DNA of 51,922 bases from an uncultured Actinomycetota bacterium (GTDB lineage: Bacteria > Actinomycetota > Humimicrobiia > Humimicrobiales > Humimicrobiaceae), in assembly GCA_964481885.1 (NCBI GenBank), contig CAYZUS010000010.1, forward strand, positions 20,426 to 72,347, given 5' to 3'. A program made the position numbers and the translations under genes. How positions within the stretch are numbered: the first letter of the stretch is position 1; every line of letters begins with the position of its first letter. The notes beneath the pieces are model-generated. The model was not told where the DNA came from. It made no database searches and saw only the letters and a program-made list of their open reading frames with translations. Below, in pieces: positions 15,786-23,695 of this stretch.

Positions 15786-18374
15786 ATGGAACTTAATGTA
15801 GACAAAGGCGATCTGGAAATTTTAGCAGGATTTATTGAAGAATCCATTGAACATTTTGAAGGTATAGAAGAAAAGATACTTCAGCTGGAGCAATCAAGAG
15901 ACAGCGAGCTTATAAACAGTATTTTCAGGTCAGTTCACACAGTGAAAGGAACCTCCTCATTTCTGGGCCTGAAAGAAATCGAGTATTTCAGCCATAAGCT
16001 TGAAACGCTTCTTGATGAAGTCCGAAATAACCGCATCGAGATTAACTCTGACATTATAGACATACTTCTTGAGGGTGCCGATATCCTTTTTAAAATGATA
16101 CTTGAATTAAAGGCGGCACTTAACAGCCCGGACTCACAAACTGATAAGGAAGGCAAAGTTGTACTGAATATAAAAGAGGTTGATTTTTCTGAATCGGAAA
16201 CAAAGATAAAAGAACTGCTGGCAAGTACGGAAAAAACACTTGAAACTCCGGCAGCAGCAAAAGAAAAAGTGGCAGCCGAACCACCAAAAGAAAAAACATC
16301 TGTCAAATTTGAATTCGATAAAAGCCTTAAAACCGATTATATACAGGAAGCCGAAGAGCATGTTACAAATATAGAAGAACTGCTTTTAAAACTGGAGACA
16401 AATAATAAAGACTTTGAATTGTACAACGACCTGTTCAGGGCGCTGCACAGTATCAAAGGAAATACGGACCTCGTAATTTCGACAATAACTGATGAGGAGC
16501 AAAAGAAAAGCCACCCCCTAAACTACATGAGGGAGATTGCGCATAAAGCCGAAAGCATTATTCAGCTAAAAAGAGACAAAAAAAATCCTATAAATTTACC
16601 GGAATTTGACCTGTTTTTTTCAGCCTGTGATGCTTTAAAAATACTTTTGGGTGAATTTAAAAATGGTAAAGGTTTAAACTTTAATCCTGTGGCGGTCATA
16701 GAGAATTTAAAAAGCGCCAGTGAAAGCAAGAAAGATCCAAAGGGCAAAAACGATAATGCAATTCTGGAGAATGTTTTTAACAGCGCACAGTCAGCTACAG
16801 AATTTGCAGTGGCAAATACAATAATTCAATGCATAGAAGCATTTGCAGACGGGATAGATGGCCTTAATGATATCGAGAAGATGGACAAATCCCAGAAAAA
16901 AATCAGCCGAAGTTTAAAGACTCTTTTAAACCTCGGTAAAAAAATATCTCATACTCTTCTAATTGAGACGAGTGAAAAATCAATCGAGCTGATTAACATT
17001 TTTTCAGATCCTGAATCAGATGATGTTGAAAAAAACCGTATCATAACAGAGCTTGCTAATAATCTTGACACATTAAAAGAAAAAGGTGAAAGAAGAAAAG
17101 CTTCAGTAACTGCTCAAAAAGTTGCTGGCGAGCAGGAAGATGCTGAGAAGGGTCCTGATAAAAAAACAGAGTTAACAACCATAAAGGTACCGCTTGAAAG
17201 ACTCGATAAAATGATGAACCTTGTCGGTGAGCTCGTGGTATTTAAGAATAATTTCCAGTATGTTTACAAAGAGCTTTCTGTCATAGATAATATCGGATCC
17301 ATTAATAAAAAAATAAAAAACATTGGAGATTCATTAAGCAGAGTTTCAGAAGAACTTCAGATTACCATCATGTCGGCCAGGATGATCCCTGTTAACAGTG
17401 TGTTTTCCAAGTTCCCCAGAATGGTAAGGGACCTTTCCAAGAAAATGAACAAGAAAATAAATCTTGTAATAGAAGGCGAGGAAACAGAGCTTGACAAAAC
17501 AGTCATAGAAGCAATAGGCGACCCAATGGTCCACCTTATAAGAAATTGCGTCGATCATGGCATAGAACTGCCGGCTGATCGCCAAAACTGTGGCAAACCT
17601 GAAGAAGGGACCATCAGGCTGAAAGCGTATAATTTTGGCCAAAGCGTAATAATAGAAATAATTGATGACGGGAAAGGTGTTAACCCCGAAGTCATAAGGA
17701 AGAAAGTACTGGAAAAGGGCCTGCTTTCTGAAGAAGTTTTAAACAAGATGTCGGAAGGCGATATTAAAAATCTTATCTTCCTGCCGGGATTTTCAACTGC
17801 TGCGGCTGTAACTGAAGTGTCGGGCAGGGGCGTAGGTATGGATGTGGTTAAAACCAACATTGAAAAAATAGGCGGTTCTGCAAGGCTTGAAAGCGAATTG
17901 GGCGTTGGAACGACAATTACCCTTGTACTGCCACTGACTCTTTCAATAAGCAGGGGACTAAATGTGGAGTGCTGCGGCCAGAATTTCTATCTCCCACTGG
18001 ATTATGTAATAGAGACTGTAAAAATCCCTGTTGACAGTATAGTAAAACACAAGGATATGGAAATCATTATGATAAGGGACAAGCTCGTGGCATTTTTCAG
18101 GCTGGAAAAATTGCTTGGCCTGGCAAGAAATAATGGAAATAATAAGGACGAGGCAGCTTCGGGCAGTAAAAAAAGTAATAATTTAAATGTCGTAATGCTG
18201 GAAATAAATAATAACACAATCGCAATGGAAGTGGACAGAGTTCTTGATGAAAGCAGCTTTATGGTAAAGCCATTAACAGGCATCGTCAGTAATATTGAAG
18301 TTGCTTCCGGGGCAGTTATTAGTGCAAAAGGTGATCTTATACTTGTACTTAATCCCCCATTATTATTTGCCTAA
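15786..18374 (+). CDS. cheA: Chemotaxis histidine kinase CheA with two HPt (P1) domains
   Basis: Two HPt boxes ('FRSVHTVKGTSSFLG' and 'FRALHSIKGNTDLV'). Also has P3 'IKVPLERLDKMMNLVGELV', P4 'HLIRNCVDHGIE...DDGKGV...GRGVGMDVV' and a C-terminal CheW-like P5. Confidence 0.95.
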   Translation: MELNVDKGDLEILAGFIEESIEHFEGIEEKILQLEQSRDSELINSIFRSVHTVKGTSSFLGLKEIEYFSHKLETLLDEVRNNRIEINSDIIDILLEGADILFKMILELKAALNSPDSQTDKEGKVVLNIKEVDFSESETKIKELLASTEKTLETPAAAKEKVAAEPPKEKTSVKFEFDKSLKTDYIQEAEEHVTNIEELLLKLETNNKDFELYNDLFRALHSIKGNTDLVISTITDEEQKKSHPLNYMREIAHKAESIIQLKRDKKNPINLPEFDLFFSACDALKILLGEFKNGKGLNFNPVAVIENLKSASESKKDPKGKNDNAILENVFNSAQSATEFAVANTIIQCIEAFADGIDGLNDIEKMDKSQKKISRSLKTLLNLGKKISHTLLIETSEKSIELINIFSDPESDDVEKNRIITELANNLDTLKEKGERRKASVTAQKVAGEQEDAEKGPDKKTELTTIKVPLERLDKMMNLVGELVVFKNNFQYVYKELSVIDNIGSINKKIKNIGDSLSRVSEELQITIMSARMIPVNSVFSKFPRMVRDLSKKMNKKINLVIEGEETELDKTVIEAIGDPMVHLIRNCVDHGIELPADRQNCGKPEEGTIRLKAYNFGQSVIIEIIDDGKGVNPEVIRKKVLEKGLLSEEVLNKMSEGDIKNLIFLPGFSTAAAVTEVSGRGVGMDVVKTNIEKIGGSARLESELGVGTTITLVLPLTLSISRGLNVECCGQNFYLPLDYVIETVKIPVDSIVKHKDMEIIMIRDKLVAFFRLEKLLGLARNNGNNKDEAASGSKKSNNLNVVMLEINNNTIAMEVDRVLDESSFMVKPLTGIVSNIEVASGAVISAKGDLILVLNPPLLFA

Positions 18375-18526
18375 ATGACTAAAGATTTAAAAAACAGTTT
18401 TTTCAAATCTGTTTTTATTCCGTCCGACTGTGGATCTACTCAGGATCAGATCAGGTTTTAATCCCGGCTTTTTAAGGCAGTGGCGGAATATTTAATTACC
18501 GGGGTTTTATACAAGAAGCCGATTTT

Positions 18527-18534
18527 CCGATAAC
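18527..18534 (+). promoter_or_regulatory. Weak sigma-28-like -10 box TCCGATAA upstream of the kinase-J-domain gene
   Basis: 7/8 match, 117 nt upstream of the ATG at 18651. No clear -35. Confidence 0.25.
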
Positions 18535-18650
18535 ATGATACCCACAGACTTTGTCCTTTTAATTATTTCCAAACTATTGTATTTATACTAAGATATAATT
18601 CAAAAATATATTTCAAAATTGTTTTCAAAACCCGATTGCATTTTGTTTTT

Positions 18651-20315
18651 ATGAAAGATAAATTTTTTTCTTATTATGAGATCCTTTCCGAAGGAGAAGT
18701 AGGCAACACTTACACCGTTTATAAAGCAAGGAACATAAATAACGGCCAGCCTGTAACTGTCAAATTCCTTAGGGGGGATCTTTCACTGGATAAAAATATC
18801 CTTGAGAATTATTTTATCAAGGAAGTTGAAAATTTCAGGCTGCTTGTACATCCTAATATATTAAAAATACTGGATTACGGTAAGGCAGAATCATCCTACT
18901 ACCTGGTCTATGAATTCTTTGAATCACGGACCCTTCTGGATATTTTTAAAGCCAAAGAGGTGCTGCCTACAGCTACAATTGAATACATGGCAAAACAGAT
19001 AATACGTGGGTTAAATTATGCAGCCGGCAATAATGTACTTCACAGGGACCTAAAACCTTTAAATATACTTGTAGGCGAAGGAGGAAGAGTAAAGATATCA
19101 GATTTCAGTATTCTGGAGAGTTCTATTTCAAGGGCGCTTTCAAATACTGTCACTGCAAGAAGAACGCTTTTTTTAGGTTCACCCTGCTACATTTCTCCAG
19201 AGCAGGCCCTGGGTTTAAAAATTGACTTCAAGTCAGACATTTATTCTTTTGGAATTCTTCTTTTTGAGATGCTGACCGGAAAAACTCCCTTTAACTCCGA
19301 TACTTCCTGGGGGCTGCTATACAAACATATTAAAGAAATACCTCCGGACCTTAAAAAAATAAAAGACAACATTCCGGAGTATTTAAATTATATTTTTAAA
19401 AGATCTCTTTCAAAATCACAGGCCAAACGCTTTAACAGCTATGAGGAGATCCTGAATATACTCAGCATTAAAAATTACGACCCGGATGAGTTTTTGGAAA
19501 AAGAAAAAAGCTCTATTGTGGAACGAATAAAGCTTTTTGATGATTCTGGCTTATTCGAAATTGAGGAATTAAAGTCAATAATAAACGAGAGAAAAAAGTT
19601 TTTCGTTGACCTGGTAGAGGAAGTTGAAGACTTAAAAACTGACCTGCTATTTATAAAAAGGGAGTATGACCTCAGGATCGAAAAACTCTACCTGGATATG
19701 GAGTACGCAGATTTAAAAATACTGGAGTTCAAAAAGATTATCAGGATGAAAAACAAGGGATTTTCCGAGGTTAGCGCCAAGAGATCAGTTCGGGAAAAAA
19801 TAAAGGAACGTTTTGATGAACTTGAAGGCAAATATAAAGTAATAGATGATGAGACCAAGATCGAGAAAGATTTAAAAAATGTTTACCAGATAGAACGCAG
19901 CGGTATTAAAAAAATCTGGAAGCAGCTTGCTCTGAAATATCATCCGGATTTCGCAAAAAACAATGAAGAAAGAGAAATTCTTGAAAAGATAATGAAAAGG
20001 ATCAACACTGCTTATGATAAAAATGACATAAAAATATTAAGTACTTTTAAAAAGATTGATTTTTTTGTTGACGGTGAAAATGATACTGTCCAAAGCTTAA
20101 ACAGGAAACTTCTTTCCATAAACAAATCATTAAAGCTTATTATTGAGGAAGAAGCCCAATTAAAGAAATCTGAATGGTTTTCATGGAGGGAAGATATGAA
20201 CAGGGCAACACTGGTGGGAGAGGACCTCTTTGTAGAGCTCGAGAAAAATTTAAGCCAGGACATACTTTACAAGGAGAGATACCTGGAAAAATTAAAATCA
20301 GGGCTTAAAAATTAA
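18651..20315 (+). CDS. Hanks-type Ser/Thr protein kinase with coiled-coil middle region and C-terminal J-domain
   Basis: Kinase motifs are 'GEVGNTYTVYKA', 'VTVKF', 'HRDLKPLNILV', 'ISDFS' and 'SPCYISPEQ'. The J-domain reads 'IKKIWKQLALKYHPDFAKNNEEREILEKIMKRINTAYD' (HPD). I prefer the ATG at 18651 over the TTG at 18636. Confidence 0.8.
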   Translation: MKDKFFSYYEILSEGEVGNTYTVYKARNINNGQPVTVKFLRGDLSLDKNILENYFIKEVENFRLLVHPNILKILDYGKAESSYYLVYEFFESRTLLDIFKAKEVLPTATIEYMAKQIIRGLNYAAGNNVLHRDLKPLNILVGEGGRVKISDFSILESSISRALSNTVTARRTLFLGSPCYISPEQALGLKIDFKSDIYSFGILLFEMLTGKTPFNSDTSWGLLYKHIKEIPPDLKKIKDNIPEYLNYIFKRSLSKSQAKRFNSYEEILNILSIKNYDPDEFLEKEKSSIVERIKLFDDSGLFEIEELKSIINERKKFFVDLVEEVEDLKTDLLFIKREYDLRIEKLYLDMEYADLKILEFKKIIRMKNKGFSEVSAKRSVREKIKERFDELEGKYKVIDDETKIEKDLKNVYQIERSGIKKIWKQLALKYHPDFAKNNEEREILEKIMKRINTAYDKNDIKILSTFKKIDFFVDGENDTVQSLNRKLLSINKSLKLIIEEEAQLKKSEWFSWREDMNRATLVGEDLFVELEKNLSQDILYKERYLEKLKSGLKN

Positions 20316-20368
20316 ATCATAAAAGGGACCGTAACAGATTCTGGGCGAAACTGGATTGTTGTCAGATT

Positions 20369-21211
20369 CTAGCTAAACCTGTAGTTATCTTTCGTAAACA
20401 GCTCTATGCATGCATCAACTGCTTCCTCGTCATATAGCCTTCCACTGTTTGATTCCAGTGTTTCAAAAACCTTTTGCACATCATAAGCGCCACCATACGG
20501 CCTTTTGGCAGTCATTGCTTCAAAAACATCAGCTACTGCTATTATCCTTGCTTCTATCATTATTTCAGAACCGCTAAGCCCTTCAGGATATCCGGAACCG
20601 TTAAGCCTTTCGTGATGCTGAAGTATTATTCTGGCCATAATATCAAAATTATGTATTCCTTTTATTATTTCATAACCTACAGACGGGTGGGACCTTATCT
20701 GCAGGAATTCTGCTTCGTCAAGTTTGGTTGTTTTGTTAAGAACATCCGGAGTGATGCCCAGCTTTCCAATATCGTGAATAAGGCCAGTTCGGTATATAAG
20801 CTTGATTTTTTCATCCGGCAGTCCCATTTTTTCTGCAATCCTTATTGAAAGCCTGGCAACATTTCTGTGGTGCTCAGCAGTGTAGTCATCCTTGCTTTCA
20901 ACAAAAACAAGAACGGCCTTTATAAGGGATTCCAAAGATCTCTTTTCATTTTTGATAATTACATTTTTTCTGATAAGCGTAAAACCTATTGTCGTCAAAC
21001 CTAAAAGCAGAAGCAGTAAAACAGCCACGAATATTTCAAAAGCATTCAAAGTGACAAGACTTTTAAAAAAATTTGTACTCCTGTTCGTAACAGAATCTAC
21101 AACTGCGGTTATTATAATCATCAGAATAAATATAACCAGGAAGGCAACGGAGGCAAAATTAATCCAATTATTTTTTTTTGAGAAGCTGTTAAAGAAGTTT
21201 TTGAGATTCAT
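20369..21211 (-). CDS. Membrane-anchored HD-GYP domain c-di-GMP phosphodiesterase
   Basis: Two N-terminal TM helices. 'AEHHRNVA', 'GLIHDIGKLGI', 'HHERLNGSGYPEGL'. Confidence 0.9.
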   Translation of the reverse strand: MNLKNFFNSFSKKNNWINFASVAFLVIFILMIIITAVVDSVTNRSTNFFKSLVTLNAFEIFVAVLLLLLLGLTTIGFTLIRKNVIIKNEKRSLESLIKAVLVFVESKDDYTAEHHRNVARLSIRIAEKMGLPDEKIKLIYRTGLIHDIGKLGITPDVLNKTTKLDEAEFLQIRSHPSVGYEIIKGIHNFDIMARIILQHHERLNGSGYPEGLSGSEIMIEARIIAVADVFEAMTAKRPYGGAYDVQKVFETLESNSGRLYDEEAVDACIELFTKDNYRFS

Positions 21212-21373
21212 ATGTTTGTATAACCCTTAAAAAGCGCTGTTTGTTAAAAATAGTAATCAGTTACAATATAAAAATTCGATAAAAAGGCTGAACAAAAAAT
21301 ACCGGACAGGCTCTAAAATAAAATTCATAAGGACCTGTCTTCTCAATAGAAATTATTGCCCAGGCTATAATAT

Positions 21374-21381
21374 TTATCGGC
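21374..21381 (-). promoter_or_regulatory. Sigma-28-type -10 box GCCGATAA (minus strand) upstream of the HD-GYP gene
   Basis: 8/8 match on the minus strand, 163 nt upstream of the ATG at 21211. No clear -35. Confidence 0.35.
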
Positions 21382-21542
21382 ATTAGTTGAAAAAATCTTG
21401 AAAATAATTTTTAATTAATTATTTAATATAATGTTTAAATGTTTTTTATGTGGCTTTAAAAGAACGGACAGTATACCAGACCTTAGGCAGGGCTCTGTAA
21501 AAAGAATAAATCACAGGAGCTGCAGTGGTTTTATCCTAGTGG

Positions 21543-22058
21543 CTAATAGTAAATATCAATACCCAGCGATTGAGGTTTTTTTTCATTTACTTTGTCATAA
21601 AAAGAAAACATGTAAGAGCGTATTGGAGCAGATTTTTTATTTGAACTAATATTCTGTGTCTTTAATAATTGCTCAAGCAATTCGTAATTGTCATTGCCCA
21701 GAGATTTTAAATCCATCAAGGTTTGGTCAAGGTTGCCTGAACTTAGATTTTCCTTAAGTAACCTGAGGCTGCAGACAAGGTTTTTGAGGTCGTCAAGATA
21801 CTCATCCAGAATTCCGCCGGGCCCTTCGATTGACTGGAACCCATATATTTTATTTTCCAGAGCATCAATAAGAATATCCAGATTCCTGTATGTCTCGAAT
21901 AATTGTTCATTGTAATCATTCAAAGGAGGAGCCGACAATCGTTTTTTTGAGTAGTTATTTTGCCCATCCGGAAATCGGTATGTCGAATGAGTATTTTGAA
22001 CAGTTTTTGTGCCATAGTTGTTATTTATAAAACTATTATTACCCAAAGCTGCTTCCAT
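21543..22058 (-). CDS. Hypothetical protein (N/Q-rich N-terminus, helical C-terminal half)
   Basis: 171-aa ORF with a GGGAG-like RBS. I recognise no family. Confidence 0.4.
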   Translation of the reverse strand: MEAALGNNSFINNNYGTKTVQNTHSTYRFPDGQNNYSKKRLSAPPLNDYNEQLFETYRNLDILIDALENKIYGFQSIEGPGGILDEYLDDLKNLVCSLRLLKENLSSGNLDQTLMDLKSLGNDNYELLEQLLKTQNISSNKKSAPIRSYMFSFYDKVNEKKPQSLGIDIYY

Positions 22059-22622
22059 TACTCTCTACCACTCCCTACCCCATACTATTATAAATATCTT
22101 GTAGTGATATTTTTATTATATAATAAAAGTTTAATTAATTAAATAAAAAGTTTAGTTACTTAAAAGAGGAATATTGTTTTATTTTGGCAAGTAGCCAGGT
22201 TACTGTCAATAATATTCCAAATAGATAAGCTGACAGTAATTATGGCATTATTCCGGTAAAGCATTCTCTGAAAATGGCACTCATAGAAAAAAATGTGTGG
22301 CTTAAAAGTTAGCAAACTTAATACTTAAGGTGTATTATTATCACGATATACTTAATTATTATTTGGATTTGCTGATTTTTTGTATTAACTGGTTTAAATG
22401 AAAAGTATTGCGGTATTTTTGCATAGTTAACCGGATGAATTTTGGGTTTTAGAGTCCTGAGATTTTCATACCATGGGATAAAGCATTTTAAGATTTTAGT
22501 TTAAAAAAACTTAAGTTTTACATACAGCTCTGCAGTTAAAAGCATACAAATAATAAAAGAAAGCGGGTAGTGTGTTGTAATTAAATAAAGAGGCGTCACA
22601 GTTTATCAGATCAAATGCTGAT

Positions 22623-23030
22623 ATGATAGCCAGTGAAATCCTTAATGCTCAGTACGGGATTCAGAAGAAATCCAAGACAGGCCATAACGAGGCCCAGATT
22701 GAATATGCCCTTAAGGGCATAAAATATCATATAGGTTATCTCGCAGAAAGCATCTCATACTCAAAGCCAGAGCTCTTCTATCAATATTTAAAATGGGCAA
22801 AAACTCTTTTTGCTTCCATAGAAGTTCCTGATAGAGATCTGGCAGTAACTCTTTCAGTGACTGCAAATACTTTAGACAGGGTAATGCCGGAAAATATTAA
22901 AAACATACCAGAGATTTATTTAAAAGGAGGCCTGGAGTTTTTAAATGATACTTCAATTGAATTGCCTTACTTGATAGATGAAGAAAAAACCTCGGTAGCT
23001 CATGCAGGAAATACCTGGGTTATCTCATAG
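22623..23030 (+). CDS. Helical N-terminal domain fragment, probably the upstream part of a frame-split B12-binding protein
   Basis: 135-aa ORF ending 27 nt before the B12-module ORF. The downstream frame is already open from 23000 and encodes conserved-looking sequence. Confidence 0.5.
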   Translation: MIASEILNAQYGIQKKSKTGHNEAQIEYALKGIKYHIGYLAESISYSKPELFYQYLKWAKTLFASIEVPDRDLAVTLSVTANTLDRVMPENIKNIPEIYLKGGLEFLNDTSIELPYLIDEEKTSVAHAGNTWVIS

Positions 23031-23056
23031 AGAATAATAAGGCTGCAGCCTCAAAA

Positions 23057-23635
23057 TTGATAATGGACCTTGTAAAACAGGGTGTAGAGATAAAAAGGAT
23101 TTACATTGACATATTTCAGATGTCCCAGTATGAGTTGGGACAACTGTGGCAATCAGGCAAAATCAATGTGGCTCAGGAACATTACTGCACTGCAGCCACC
23201 CAGCTTATAATGTCCCAGCTTTACCCCTATATTTTTAAAACGAAAAAAGGAAAACATTTTTTTGTAGGGGCATGCATAAATGGAGAAATGCATGAAATTG
23301 GTATAAGGATGCTGGCTGATTTGCTTGAACTTGATGGCTGGAACACAATGTATCTGGGAGCAAATGTTCCTGATGAGAGCATTGTAAAGACACTGATAGA
23401 TAATAAAGCAGATGTTTTGGGAATTTCTGCGACAATGACATTTCATCTGGGCAAAGTTGAGAAACTTATAAAAACAGTCAGGCAGTCTGAAATAGTCGGT
23501 AAAATAAAGATATTTGTCGGAGGATATGTTTTTAACAATAACAGTGAACTATGGAGACAGGTAGGCGCTGACGGATTTGCGACTGATGCAGAGGAGTCTC
23601 TTGTAAAAATAAACAGCATTGTTAAATTAATCTGA
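23057..23635 (+). CDS. Cobalamin-binding module of CarH/photoreceptor type (four-helix bundle + Rossmann B12-binding domain)
   Basis: 'LWQSGKINVAQEH' is a Wx9EH motif. 'GEMHEIG' is the E/DxHxxG lower-ligand motif, followed by 'VLGISATM'. The TTG start in the ORF track is doubtful, because the frame is open back to 23000. Confidence 0.8.
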   Translation: MIMDLVKQGVEIKRIYIDIFQMSQYELGQLWQSGKINVAQEHYCTAATQLIMSQLYPYIFKTKKGKHFFVGACINGEMHEIGIRMLADLLELDGWNTMYLGANVPDESIVKTLIDNKADVLGISATMTFHLGKVEKLIKTVRQSEIVGKIKIFVGGYVFNNNSELWRQVGADGFATDAEESLVKINSIVKLI

Positions 23636-23695
23636 TTTTACCTCCTGTTTTTTAAAATTTTATAAAACAGCAAAATATATTCATTGAATAAATAA

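Noticed and set aside
18388-18415. AAAAAACAG...CTGTTTTT hairpin after cheA as a rho-independent terminator
   Set aside because: The stem is almost entirely A:T with an 11-nt loop, so predicted stability is poor. It may still function in a low-GC organism, but I cannot support it from sequence alone.
21431-21649. 72-aa plus-strand ORF (and the 61-aa ORF at 30624-30809) in intergenic or overlapping positions
   Set aside because: Both are Cys/Phe/Lys-rich sequences typical of random AT-rich ORFs, with no RBS. One overlaps the 3' end of the 171-aa gene on the opposite strand.
22200-22239. 9-bp inverted repeats TTACTGTCA/TGACAGTAA (22200-22239) and TTACTGACA/TGTCAGTAA (36630-36691) sharing a similar half-site
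   Set aside because: A rough estimate gives ten or more perfect 9-bp inverted repeats within 50 nt by chance in 52 kb of AT-rich DNA. Two of them sharing a six-base word is not compelling.
22059-22622. Cobalamin riboswitch upstream of the B12-binding protein genes
   Set aside because: I could not find the conserved B12-box or the flanking GCCACTG-type elements in either orientation. The region is simply AT-rich. A covariance-model scan (Rfam RF00174) would settle it.
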